64,000 nucleotides of DNA. Origin: an uncultured cyanobacterium. GTDB taxonomy: Bacteria; Cyanobacteriota; Cyanobacteriia; Pseudanabaenales; Pseudanabaenaceae. The position numbers were made by a program, and so were the translations under genes. Below the pieces are notes generated by a model that made no database searches, was not told the origin of the DNA, and saw only the letters and a list, made by a program, of their open reading frames with translations. The stretch is taken from positions 1,632,001-1,696,000 of the forward strand of contig OY969811.1 in the NCBI GenBank assembly GCA_963703315.1, given 5' to 3'. Positions 30,271 to 41,100 of this stretch are shown here, one piece after another; the first letter of the stretch is position 1; every line of letters begins with the position of its first letter.

Positions 30271-30810
30271 ATGTCCCAAGTCGAAATGGTTTTGAATATG
30301 TTGCGTCCAGTCGTGGCTTCGATGTCTGCGGCTGATAAGTCTGATTTACTTGCAAAAGTGAGCCAATTACTAGAGGCAAGTGACAGTAAACCTACTGCTT
30401 CTGGACAAAGCCAAAGCAACACCTTGAGCGGGATTAATTTTAGCGGTGGTGCTAATAATGCGCTCAACTTTGCGCCTGTGCAGAATCAAGGCGGCAATGT
30501 CAATGTCGCGTCTAACTTTAATCAGAGTTATGTGGTCAATCCAGAGGTCAAAAAGGTTCTAGAAGACCTCAGCCAACTCAAGGCAAGCATTGCTGAGAGT
30601 CAAGAAATTAATCCTTTACTAAAGGAACCTGTCAAACTGGAAGTCCAGAAACTGGAAGAGGAATTGCAGAAACCTGAACCAAATCCCACTTTTGTAGAAA
30701 GTACGGTTGCTACGATCAAGAAAGGATTAGAAGGAGTGATTACTTTGGCAGAACCCACTGTGAAAATCGCCTCTTTTGTAGCCAAGCTATACGGATTTCC
30801 AGTTCCATAG
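30271..30810 (+). CDS. Hypothetical protein with central Q/N/G-rich motif and helical C-terminal domain (putative NLR partner)
   Basis: 179-aa ORF; aa 46-72 resemble the N-terminus of the downstream STAND protein. Confidence 0.75.
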   Translation: MSQVEMVLNMLRPVVASMSAADKSDLLAKVSQLLEASDSKPTASGQSQSNTLSGINFSGGANNALNFAPVQNQGGNVNVASNFNQSYVVNPEVKKVLEDLSQLKASIAESQEINPLLKEPVKLEVQKLEEELQKPEPNPTFVESTVATIKKGLEGVITLAEPTVKIASFVAKLYGFPVP

Positions 30811-30875
30811 CATTCATCTAAAAAAGCGCGGCTTCGCCGCGCTTTTTTAATTTATCTATTCTATTTAATAAATCA

Positions 30876-33800
30876 ATGACTGAAAGCAAAGACACTTATA
30901 ACGTCTCTCAGAGCCAAGAAAATGTCCTTCAGGATATTAATATTCAAGGCAGCAGCAATATTATTACCTTTGCGCCCACTCAAAATACGGTTATTGAAAC
31001 CCAAGTCATTCAGATTTCCGTCCAAAAGGTGACGCAGCAACAACTGATTAAAGCATCTCCCTACAAAGGTTTAAATCGTTTTAATGCCGCCGATCGCGAT
31101 CGCTTTTATGGACGCGATAAATTAATTAGAAGGATCTTAGAAGCGATTAATGCCAGTGGCTTAACCCTTGTCACAGGCGCATCGGGAAGCGGTAAGTCTT
31201 CCGTAATTCGTGCAGGCGTAATTCCTGAACTCAAGCAGTCTTTGTCGAGTCAGGCAATTAAAGATTTCATTTTCACACCTAGCCAAGATCCCTTTGAATC
31301 GCTTTATCGGTGCTTATTGAGTGAAGAGAAGGATTATCAGTTTAGTGAAAGTGATGCTCAAGTTGTTTTGACCAAAAAAGCTGATGCGATCACACAGGTA
31401 ATCGATCGCCTCAAGGAAAAGGATGAGCGCTGGTTATGGTTTATCGATCAGTTTGAAGAATTATTCACCAACTGCGGTGATGAGAGCATCAGGCAGAATT
31501 TTATTGATGGCATTGTCAAAATCGTGAAGTCTGGCAATGGCTCGGTACGGATTATTTTAGGGATGCGGGCAGATTTTCTGGAGCAGTTTAGCTTCTATCC
31601 TGCTTTAGGAACGATTTTGGATAAGGATAATATTCATCTGGTAACGGAGATGCACCCTGATGAACTACGGCAAGCGATCGAGCAGCCCGCAGCCAAACAT
31701 GGCGTGGTGTTTGAAACAGGGCTAGTTGAACAAATCATTCAGGATGTGCAAGGACAGAGGGGATATTTGCCTTTGTTGCAATACAGCCTTAATCTGTTGT
31801 GGGAAACGGAATGTAAAACCCAAGCTGCCGATGGTCGTGCGGAAATCGAAAATCGGGTTCTCAATATTTCCACCTATAATCTATTGGAAGGTGTTAGAGG
31901 TGCTTTACAGACTCGCGTTGACAAGCTTTATCGGAATTTATCTTCAGACCAGCGATCGCTTACCAAACAAATATTTTTAAAATTAGTCAATATTGTCGAT
32001 ACGGATGGCGGTAGTCGTCCTGTGAGCCGTAGAGCCAATCAGAGCGAATTTGAAGGAAAAGATTTTGAGAAAACGCTCCTCGCCACTTTTGTAAAAGAGA
32101 ATCTCTTAGTAAGCAGTACTGAATATCAAAACGAGCAGGGACTAGATTTTCAAGGTACTTCTGGCAAGAAACAATATGCGACGGTGGAAATTGCCCACGA
32201 AGTTCTCTTGAGTTCTTGGGATGAGCTAAAGCGTTGGTTGGAAGAAGAGAAGGAAACAATTATTCTCAAAAATTATCTTGCTGATGAAACTAATCGTTGG
32301 CAAAGGATTAGGCAAGAAAGTAATGAGGCAAAGGCAAAAACAGAATTACTGAAAGGGGCGCGACTAGAGCAGTTATATACACTTAGGGAAGCAAAAGCTT
32401 TTGAGAAATTAGGTGGCTTGAGCTATTTAGAAAATGAATTTATCGATGTTAGTTTTGCATGGAGTAAGCAACAGGAGGCACAGGTCAAACGCCGCCGCCA
32501 GATTACTGTTGGCGCTCTCACATTCTTTTTGGCGATCGTGTCTGGATTGGCTGTAATCGCTCAAAAAAATGCCGATGAAGCCAACAGAGCCAATGTCAAT
32601 CAAGGTTTTATTTCCGCCAGTTACAAGATGACCTCATTACTCTACGACAACCTTCAGCTTGAAGCCTTGGTGGAAGCAGTGGAAACAGGCGATCGCTTAC
32701 AACGCAGTCCCAATAATTCCCTCGCATCTTCTGATGTGAAGATGCGGGTGGCTTTAGCCACAGGCGAAGTCATCTATAACATCAAAGAAAAGAACCGCCT
32801 CATCGATCACAGCCGAGATGTTTCGGCGATCGCCTATTCTACGGATGGTAAATATATTGCGTCAGGCAGCTATGACACCACCGTAAAGCTTTGGGATATC
32901 AGTGGTAAGAAATTACATACCTTCACAGGACATAAAGACGTTGTAACCAGCATCGCCTTTTCCAAAGATAGTAAATTCTTAGCCTCATCCAGCATTGATC
33001 GCACTGTCAAGATTTGGAATATTGAGAGCAAAGAAGTCAAAACCCTAGACTTTGCAGAGGGAATTAATAGTGTCGTCTTCTCAACCGATGGCAAGCAATT
33101 GGCGATCGCTAGTGGCAATACTGCCACCATTATTTCTGCTGATAGTGGCGCGAAAGTGCAAACCCTCACAGGACATAGCGGTGATGTCGTCAAAGTAGTT
33201 TTTTCACTCGATGGCAAGCTATTAGCAACCGCTAGCGCTGACCAGACCGTTAAAATCTGGAGTAATGGCAAAGAATTACAAACCCTCAGAGGACATAGCA
33301 GTGCGATCGCCAGCGTGATTTTTTCGCCCGATGGCAAACAGTTAGCATCAGCGAGTGCAGACAATACGGTGAAACTCTGGAATATTGACGGGAAAGAACT
33401 GCAAACCCTTAGAGGGCATCGTAATAAGGTTACAGATGTCGCTTTTTCACCTGATGGCAAGAGCCTAGCAACTGCAAGTGATGATCGAACTATTAAAATC
33501 TGGACTATTGCAGGTCAAGAAATCCAGAATCTGCAAGGACATAGCGATATTGTGCGAAGTATTGCGTTTGCCAATGACGGTAAAAATTTAGCATCTGCAA
33601 GTGCAGATAAAACTATCAAAATCTGGAATCTTGATGCGCCTCAACGCCTAGTTCTGGAAGGTCATAGCAGGGGTATCCGCAGCATCGCTTTCTCTCCTGA
33701 CAGTCAAAAAATTGTCTCAGCGAGTGCAGATAAAACTATCAAAATCTGGAGCAATGGGAAAGAATTAAAGACTCTATCTGGTCATGCCCAAGTAGTTACT

Positions 33801-34601
33801 TCCATTGCTTTTTCACCAGATGGCAAGAAGATCGCATCGGGCAGTTCTGACGATATGATCAAAATTTGGGATAGTGAAGGGAAGGAACTTCAAACGCTCA
33901 CAGGGCATAGCAGCGTAGTTTATAGCGTTGCTTTCTCCACCGATGGTAAGTATTTAGCCTCCTCAAGTCTAGATAAAACGGTCAAGCTATGGAATGCCGC
34001 AGGTCAAGAACTACAGACAATTAGTGAAGGTATTGGCGAAGTTCTGAGTATTGCTTTCTCACCTGACAGCAAGCAATTGGCTCTGGCGAGTAGAGATAAA
34101 ACGGTTAAGCTCTGGAATATCGAAACTAAGAAATTACAAACCCTTGGACAACATACTGATCAGGTCACTAGCATTGCCTTTTCCCCCGATGGCAAATATA
34201 TTGCCTCCGCCAGTAGCGATCGCACTATCAAAATTTGGAGCAGCGATGGCAAAGAGTTACAAACTCTCAAAGGACATAGTGACGCGATCGCAACTGTTGC
34301 TTTTGCACCCAATAGTCAACAATTGGCGACCGCGAGTGCCGATAGAATTATCAAGGTTTGGAATATTGATGGCAATGAATTGTTCACACTCAAAGGTCAT
34401 AATGATGCGATCGCCTCGGTCGCTTTTTCCCCTGATGGTAATTATTTAGCATCAGCAAGTAACGACAAAACGATCATCCTTTGGAATATTAATTTGGAAA
34501 GTCTGAAGCAGTTGGGATGTAATTCACTTAATGATTACATCTTTACTCAAACTGATTTAGATCCAAAAAATTCCAATCTCAGAATGATTTGTAAATCATG
34601 A
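30876..34601 (+). CDS. STAND (nSTAND1-type) NTPase with TM helix and WD40 repeats
   Basis: SPYKGL, GASGSGKSS, IDQFEELF, LPLLQ, EIAHE; TM ITVGALTFFLAIVSGLAVIA; about 14 GH...W repeats. Confidence 0.92.
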   Translation: MTESKDTYNVSQSQENVLQDINIQGSSNIITFAPTQNTVIETQVIQISVQKVTQQQLIKASPYKGLNRFNAADRDRFYGRDKLIRRILEAINASGLTLVTGASGSGKSSVIRAGVIPELKQSLSSQAIKDFIFTPSQDPFESLYRCLLSEEKDYQFSESDAQVVLTKKADAITQVIDRLKEKDERWLWFIDQFEELFTNCGDESIRQNFIDGIVKIVKSGNGSVRIILGMRADFLEQFSFYPALGTILDKDNIHLVTEMHPDELRQAIEQPAAKHGVVFETGLVEQIIQDVQGQRGYLPLLQYSLNLLWETECKTQAADGRAEIENRVLNISTYNLLEGVRGALQTRVDKLYRNLSSDQRSLTKQIFLKLVNIVDTDGGSRPVSRRANQSEFEGKDFEKTLLATFVKENLLVSSTEYQNEQGLDFQGTSGKKQYATVEIAHEVLLSSWDELKRWLEEEKETIILKNYLADETNRWQRIRQESNEAKAKTELLKGARLEQLYTLREAKAFEKLGGLSYLENEFIDVSFAWSKQQEAQVKRRRQITVGALTFFLAIVSGLAVIAQKNADEANRANVNQGFISASYKMTSLLYDNLQLEALVEAVETGDRLQRSPNNSLASSDVKMRVALATGEVIYNIKEKNRLIDHSRDVSAIAYSTDGKYIASGSYDTTVKLWDISGKKLHTFTGHKDVVTSIAFSKDSKFLASSSIDRTVKIWNIESKEVKTLDFAEGINSVVFSTDGKQLAIASGNTATIISADSGAKVQTLTGHSGDVVKVVFSLDGKLLATASADQTVKIWSNGKELQTLRGHSSAIASVIFSPDGKQLASASADNTVKLWNIDGKELQTLRGHRNKVTDVAFSPDGKSLATASDDRTIKIWTIAGQEIQNLQGHSDIVRSIAFANDGKNLASASADKTIKIWNLDAPQRLVLEGHSRGIRSIAFSPDSQKIVSASADKTIKIWSNGKELKTLSGHAQVVTSIAFSPDGKKIASGSSDDMIKIWDSEGKELQTLTGHSSVVYSVAFSTDGKYLASSSLDKTVKLWNAAGQELQTISEGIGEVLSIAFSPDSKQLALASRDKTVKLWNIETKKLQTLGQHTDQVTSIAFSPDGKYIASASSDRTIKIWSSDGKELQTLKGHSDAIATVAFAPNSQQLATASADRIIKVWNIDGNELFTLKGHNDAIASVAFSPDGNYLASASNDKTIILWNINLESLKQLGCNSLNDYIFTQTDLDPKNSNLRMICKS

Positions 34602-34682
34602 TATAAATTAAAACTAGAGATTGTGCCGTTTACAAAGCGGGTGGCTCAAGTTCTAGTTTTAGGTTTCAAATATATATTGAAT

Positions 34683-35180
34683 ATGAAAATTAAAACAAGC
34701 ATTAAAAAGTTCAGCCCCATTCCCTTAATTGCAGCTTTGCTCATCAGTTGTGAAGCCAAACCACCTGAATCTAATATTGCACCTAATGCAACCGTTACAC
34801 CAGCCGCTACTGTAGATAAAAAAACAAGTACAGATTCGCGCTTAGGCAAGTTTGTGTCTGTTGCTTATCCCACTAGCGGTCAGGCGACACTCTCAACCGA
34901 GGGCGATAAAAATATTTTGGAACTTGATGAGAGTTTTAAAACTGATAGCGGACCCGATCTCAGGATTGTTTTTCATAAAGCGCCTGATCTCGCTAGTGTT
35001 GCCGCTCCTCCCAACTATGGCATTGATGAAGCCGATTATATTGTGATTGAGAAGCTGAAAAGTACCAGTGGCAAGCAACGTTATGAAATCCCTAAAAACA
35101 CTAAACTAAAAAGCTTTAAATCGGTGGCTGTCTGGTGTGCCAAAATGAATAAAACCTATGGTTTTGCCACTTTGCCATAA
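34683..35180 (+). CDS. DM13-domain lipoprotein
   Basis: Lipobox-like LLISC; GPDL, LKSTSGKQRYEIP and VAVWC motifs. Confidence 0.8.
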   Translation: MKIKTSIKKFSPIPLIAALLISCEAKPPESNIAPNATVTPAATVDKKTSTDSRLGKFVSVAYPTSGQATLSTEGDKNILELDESFKTDSGPDLRIVFHKAPDLASVAAPPNYGIDEADYIVIEKLKSTSGKQRYEIPKNTKLKSFKSVAVWCAKMNKTYGFATLP

Positions 35181-35187
35181 CCCCATT

Positions 35188-35889
35188 TCATGAGTTGCTA
35201 GAGCGCCATAGTGCCAGCCCACCAATTAACCCTAAATCATTGGAGACGATCGTCACATTTGCGGGTAAGTCTCCAGAAATCAAACGAGCATTACCACCGC
35301 CGATATAGAGCTTGTCGTAATTAAATAACTTATAAAGTGAAGCGATCGCCTCTCGCAATCTAATATTCCACAATTCCATACCAATTTGATCCAGAGCCGA
35401 CTGTCCTAAACGATCTTCGTAGGTTTCATTGCCAACAAAGATATGCTGACCCAGTTCTAAATTTGGCAACAACTTACCATCAAGAAATAGCGATGAGCCA
35501 AACCCAGTTCCTAGGGTAACTACTAACTCCACTCCCTTACCTGAGATCGCCCCACAACCCTGTACATCAGCATCGTTAGCAATTCGCAAAGGTTTGCCTA
35601 ATTTATCTTGCAATACCTTTGCTAAAGGAAAGCCGTCCCAATCAGGATGCAAGTTAATCGCGCCCCTTGTTACTCCATTTTCGACCACACTGGGAAAACC
35701 AATAGCGATGCGATCGTAATTGCCTTGTCTAGAGATTAAATCAGTTAATGTTGCGACAATCACATCGGGTGTCGCGGGTTGGGGCGTACTAATCAGCGAT
35801 CGCGCTGAAACAGATACACCATCATCTTGCAAGATGATCGCTTTAATACTACTACCACCTACATCAATCGCTAATGTCAATAAACTCAC
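35188..35889 (-). CDS. ROK-family polyphosphate glucokinase-like protein
   Basis: IDVGGSSIK, ANDADVQG, TLGTGFGS, NLELGQH. Confidence 0.8.
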   Translation of the reverse strand: MSLLTLAIDVGGSSIKAIILQDDGVSVSARSLISTPQPATPDVIVATLTDLISRQGNYDRIAIGFPSVVENGVTRGAINLHPDWDGFPLAKVLQDKLGKPLRIANDADVQGCGAISGKGVELVVTLGTGFGSSLFLDGKLLPNLELGQHIFVGNETYEDRLGQSALDQIGMELWNIRLREAIASLYKLFNYDKLYIGGGNARLISGDLPANVTIVSNDLGLIGGLALWRSSNS

Positions 35890-35970
35890 TGAAAACTCAC
35901 TGAAATGGACTTAAAACCAAAAAGAGAGTTGCGGCGCTGTGCGCCGCAACTCTCTTTTTGTTAGAAACTA

Positions 35971-37872
35971 TTACTTAGATTCAGTGAAATCAGCATCGAT
36001 GACATCATCATCACCACTGGCTGCGTCGCGAGTTCCATCTTCAGGAGTATCACCTGTAGGAGCCTCAGCACCACCTTGCTGATAGACAGAAGAGCTAAGA
36101 GCATACAAAGCTTGCTTCAATTCTTCAGTTTGAGCAGCGATCGCTTCGTGGTCATCCTTAGCAATGGATTCACGGAGAGTCTTAACCAATCCTTCAATCT
36201 TGGTCTTGTCAGCTTCAGGAACCTTGTCGCCAAGATCCTTGATTTGCTTCTCAGCTTGATAGGCGAGAGAGTCAGCTTGATTCTTCGCTTCAATGCGATC
36301 GCGCTTTTCTTTATCAGCCGTAGAATTACGCTCAGCTTCATTAACCATGCGCTCAACTTCATCCTTAGGCAAGGTGGAAGCACCAGAGATCGAGATGGTT
36401 TGGACTTTGCCAGTTCCCTTGTCCTTCGCGGTTACTGATAGCAAACCGTTAGCGTCGATGTCGAAGATAACTTCGATTTGAGGTACGCCACGAGGAGCAG
36501 GAGGGATGCCATCAAGACGGAAGGTTCCCAGACTCTTGTTATCGTTGGACATTTCACGCTCACCTTGAAGAACGTGAATTTCCACATTGCTTTGTCCATC
36601 AACCGCAGTCGAGAAGACTTCTGATTTCTTGGTAGGAACAGTGGTGTTTCTAGGAATGATCTTGGTCATTACGCCGCCCAAGGTTTCGACACCGAGGGAT
36701 AGAGGCGTAACGTCGAGCAAGAGAATATCCTTAACTTCACCAGCGAGTACACCAGCTTGGACGGCTGCACCGATCGCTACCACTTCATCAGGGTTAACGC
36801 TTTGGTTGGGGTCTTTGCCAAGAATCTTTTTAACAACTTCTTGCACCGCAGGAATACGGGTCGAACCACCAACAAGAACCACTTCATCGATCTTCGACTT
36901 GTCGATCTTGGCATCACGGATCGCTTGCTCGACAGGAATGCGGCAGCGATCAATTAGATCAGAGCAGAGTTCTTCAAACTTGGCACGGGTCAAGGTGGTA
37001 TCTAAGTGCTTAGGTCCATCTTGAGTAGCGGTGATGAAGGGTAGGTTGATTTCAGTTTGGCTAACGCTCGAAAGCTCAATCTTTGCCTTTTCAGCAGCTT
37101 CAGTCAAACGTTGGAGTGCTTGCTTATCTTTACGAAGATCGATGCCTTCAGCCGATTGGAACTGATTGGCAAGGAAGTCTACGATCTTCTTATCGAAGTC
37201 GTCACCACCGAGGTGAGTATCGCCACTGGTGGACATTACTTCAAATACACCATCGCCAACTTCGAGAATCGATACGTCAAACGTACCGCCACCGAGGTCA
37301 AATACGAGAATGGTTTCATTAGTCTTGCTATCGAGTCCGTAAGCCAGTGCCGCAGCAGTAGGCTCGTTGATGATGCGGAGAACTTCCACACCTGCGATTT
37401 TGCCAGCGTCCTTAGTAGCTTGACGTTGGGAGTCATTGAAATATGCAGGAACGGTGATAACAGCTTGGGTGACGGTTTCGCCTAAATATTTGCTAGCATC
37501 GTCAACTAACTTACGCAGTACTTGAGCAGAAATTTCTTCTGGTGCAAATTGCTTACTAACAGCAGGTGCGTCAATTTTGACATTTTCGCCAACCTTTAAA
37601 ACTTTGTAGGCGACTTGCTTGGACTCGCCACTAACTTCATCGTAACGACGACCGATAAAACGCTTTACTGAATAAAAAGTGTTGTCAGTGTTCATCACGG
37701 CTTGGCGCTTAGCAATTTGTCCAACTAAGCGATCGCCATTTTTGGCATAAGCCACAACCGAGGGTGTGGTACGGAAGCCTTCGGCGTTTGCAATCACCGT
37801 TGGCTTGCCCCCTTCCATGACGGCTACGACTGAGTTTGTCGTACCTAAGTCGATTCCAACTACTTTAGCCAT
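35971..37872 (-). CDS. dnaK: Chaperone DnaK (Hsp70)
   Basis: [35 protein letters not shown]. Confidence 0.98.
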   Translation of the reverse strand: MAKVVGIDLGTTNSVVAVMEGGKPTVIANAEGFRTTPSVVAYAKNGDRLVGQIAKRQAVMNTDNTFYSVKRFIGRRYDEVSGESKQVAYKVLKVGENVKIDAPAVSKQFAPEEISAQVLRKLVDDASKYLGETVTQAVITVPAYFNDSQRQATKDAGKIAGVEVLRIINEPTAAALAYGLDSKTNETILVFDLGGGTFDVSILEVGDGVFEVMSTSGDTHLGGDDFDKKIVDFLANQFQSAEGIDLRKDKQALQRLTEAAEKAKIELSSVSQTEINLPFITATQDGPKHLDTTLTRAKFEELCSDLIDRCRIPVEQAIRDAKIDKSKIDEVVLVGGSTRIPAVQEVVKKILGKDPNQSVNPDEVVAIGAAVQAGVLAGEVKDILLLDVTPLSLGVETLGGVMTKIIPRNTTVPTKKSEVFSTAVDGQSNVEIHVLQGEREMSNDNKSLGTFRLDGIPPAPRGVPQIEVIFDIDANGLLSVTAKDKGTGKVQTISISGASTLPKDEVERMVNEAERNSTADKEKRDRIEAKNQADSLAYQAEKQIKDLGDKVPEADKTKIEGLVKTLRESIAKDDHEAIAAQTEELKQALYALSSSVYQQGGAEAPTGDTPEDGTRDAASGDDDVIDADFTESK

Positions 37873-38162
37873 AAGGCTTCCAACTCCTAAGTTTTGTTAA
37901 TCTTTTATCTCATACAAGATTAACCACTTTTCCCGATTAGCACATCAGGGGGACTCTACCTAATCTGGTAGGGTTTACCGTACAAAGGGTTCTGCGAGTT
38001 AGATTTTGTGTGGCACGGCTTCGCCGTGCCACACAAAATTTGCTTCTTATACTGTCGCTCTGCGCTCAAATCCAAACCAAAGAAAAATTTTGAAAGTGTT
38101 GCAAAGCAACACTTTCAAAATTTTTCTTGTAGGTTTTATAGCAAAGCAATAGGAATAAGTGA

Positions 38163-41100
38163 CTAAATCTCATTAATCAGTTGTAGCAATGCATCGGTAG
38201 TCACCTTGCCACTCATATCTGTACCTTCCAGTAAGCTATCGGCAAGATCCCGTTTATGAGTGTGCAGATCGACGATTTTCTCTTCGATCGTTCCCTTAGC
38301 GACGAGGCGATAAATCGTGACAGGGCGCTTTTGTCCAATGCGATGGGCGCGATCGCTTGCTTGATCTTCCACCGCAGGATTCCACCAAGGATCCATGTGA
38401 ATTACATAATCAGCAGCCGTGAGGTTTAACCCTGTACCACCAGCTTTAAGACTGATGAGGAAGACATCACCTTCACCCGCTTGGAATGCCTCCACGCGCT
38501 TTTTACGGTCTTTGGCGGGAGTACTACCATCGAGGTATTGATAGCTGATTTTTTGAGAATCGAGATAATCGCGAATGATATGTAGATGATCGACAAATTG
38601 ACTGAAGACTAGCGCCTTGTGTTTGTTATCAAGTAACTCATTGACCACTTCACCAAAAAGTTGCAGTTTGGAACTGGGGAGAGGAATATCGGGGCGCACT
38701 AGCTTGGTATTGCAGCAAGCGCGGCGCAATTTCATGATTTCGGCGAGAACTTGCAAATGCTTTTGTCCTGCGTTGGCATTGGTATCGGCAAGTTTAGCGA
38801 TCGCCTCACGACGGAGGGCTTCATAAAAGGCGAGTTCTTCCTTAGTAAGCTCTACTTGTAACGTCACTTCGGTACGCGATGGCAACTCTTGCAATACTTG
38901 ATTTTTAGTGCGGCGGAGGATAAAGGGCTGAATTAACTTTTTGAGTTGATTACGGGCTTCTCTGTCTTGCGATCGCTCGATGGGATTGGCATAGTTAGTA
39001 TTGAAGTTATCAAGAGAACCGAGCAATCCGGGATTAATAAATCTAAATAGATTCCAGAGTTCGCCGAGATGGTTCTCGATCGGTGTACCAGTGGTGATCA
39101 GTTTAAAACTGCTCTGCAAATTCATCGCCGCTTGCGATCGCTTGGTTGCCGTGTTCTTAATGGCTTGCGCTTCATCTAGTACAACGGTTTGCCACTCTAC
39201 TTTAGCCAGCATTTCACCAACTTCCTCTTGTTGCATCAAACCATAACTACAAATCACCATGTCAAAGGGCTGGAGATTATCGAGAACCTTTTGGCGATCG
39301 CCTGTACCAAACACAATTATGTTAAGGGTGGGCGCAAATTTGGCGGCTTCACTGATCCAGTTCATACAGACGGAAGTGGGCGCAACAATCAGAGTAGATC
39401 CATGCGGTGCGCGGGTGAGAATCAGGGCTAAAGATTGCAAAGTTTTACCTAAGCCCATATCATCCGCAAGACAAGCACCCACTCCCCAATGGGCTAATCT
39501 AGCTAACCATTGGAAGCCTTCGATCTGATAGTCGCGTAATTCGGCTTGTAAGGTCGATGGTAACTGCGGCTCGAAGTTCCGCATTTCCTTAATTTTCTTA
39601 ACATGGGCTTTCCAATGTTTATCGACTTTCAGATCATCAATTTCATCAACAAAGTCTTCGAGCGCTAAAGCAGCTAAGGGATGGAATCTGGTTCCTTTGC
39701 CATGTTTTTCGGATAGACGGCGAAACTCATCGAGGCGATTGCGGAACTGTTGGGTTAAGGCGATGAATTGACCATCACCGAGGGGAATAAATCGGCTAGG
39801 GGTTTTATCCAATAATTCCAATAGGCGCTGCATATCTAATACTTTGTCATCACCTAGTTTCAACTCACCTTCCGCCGCAAACCAATCACGACTTTGATTA
39901 ATTGACATTCGGAAATCACCAAATCCAGCGCGATGACTGATTTTCATCTTCTCGCCTTCTGGCCATTCCAAGACAATGCGATCGCCTAATGCTTGCAGTT
40001 CTAGTAAGAGTTCTAAGCAAAATTCAGGATCATCAATTGTCCATTCGCTTTCAGTTTCTTCAAAATTACTGAGGGTTGGACAGGCGGCGATCGCCTCATT
40101 AGCGAGTTTTTTCTCTTCCTTGAGATTGCGTGTCGCTTGCAGACGCTTGCCATCAATTTCTGCTAGTACCGTTGTTCCGCCTGTTCCCGGACGATAGTAG
40201 GAACCCGCATTAGCAAAGGGTCGTGCTAGTACGGCAATTTTGAGACCGCCCCCTGATGGCAAAATATGGACATGGGGCTTGCTGTCCGATGGGACTTCTT
40301 CAGCATCGCTGACCCCACCGCCGATGTCAGAATGTACCGTCACAATCGAAGAGATCGAATGAATCGCTTCTAGTACTTTATCTTTCGCCGCCGCAGGAAT
40401 TTCGAGACGATTTTTTCTGCCAATAATTTCGGTGATTTTCCGATGGGACTCGCTGACTTGCGTCACCTTGAGCCGCGTCGGACTTTCTTTGGTGATCACA
40501 AAACTTTGTCCATCCTTTAACTCTGGCGAAAATTCTAAAAATAGGCGATCGCCTTTTCCTGCTTTCACTAATAGCTCTGGTTCACCCTTGACAATATCCA
40601 CACGAGTGGTCGGCGAGTCTTCCCAAAATACAAGAGGATGTCCAATTAAGGCACAGATTGTTTCTTCATCAAACTCATATTGCGACTGCCCATAGTATCC
40701 ATAGGAAGAATAGGCTTGGATATGGGAACAGGCGATAATATCCTGTGGTGTTAGATAGGGAAACTCATGACTACTCTCTTTCAGACGTTTGAGAGCAATA
40801 TTCCGTCCCGTACTCCAAACACCTTTGGCATTAATCTTCTGTTCCTTTGGTTGCACAGAATAACCACCCTTGACAAAGCTAATCAGCCATATTAGGCGTT
40901 GGGGAGAATTATTTGTGGCTTTACTGATTTCCTGTGGTGATTTGGTGAGATTGAGCAAGGCATTGAGACTGAGTTCCCAAGTTTCCTGTGGACGAATCAA
41001 ATTCACAATTGTGGAAATATGATTCTCTTGACGGAGCTTTTGAGCGTGTTTTTTATGGATCGAATTAGGAGAGAGTTCACCTAATAGTTCCGCAGTTTCC

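Noticed and set aside
32800..34490. WD40 nucleotide repeats as a diversity-generating or hypervariable array
   Set aside because: Repeats are well diverged at DNA level, and no reverse transcriptase or template repeat is present.
35971..37872. Multiple antisense ORFs over dnaK (likewise over rpoC1/rpoC2, mrdA and SNF2)
   Set aside because: Expected shadows of codon-biased conserved genes; no recognisable motifs.
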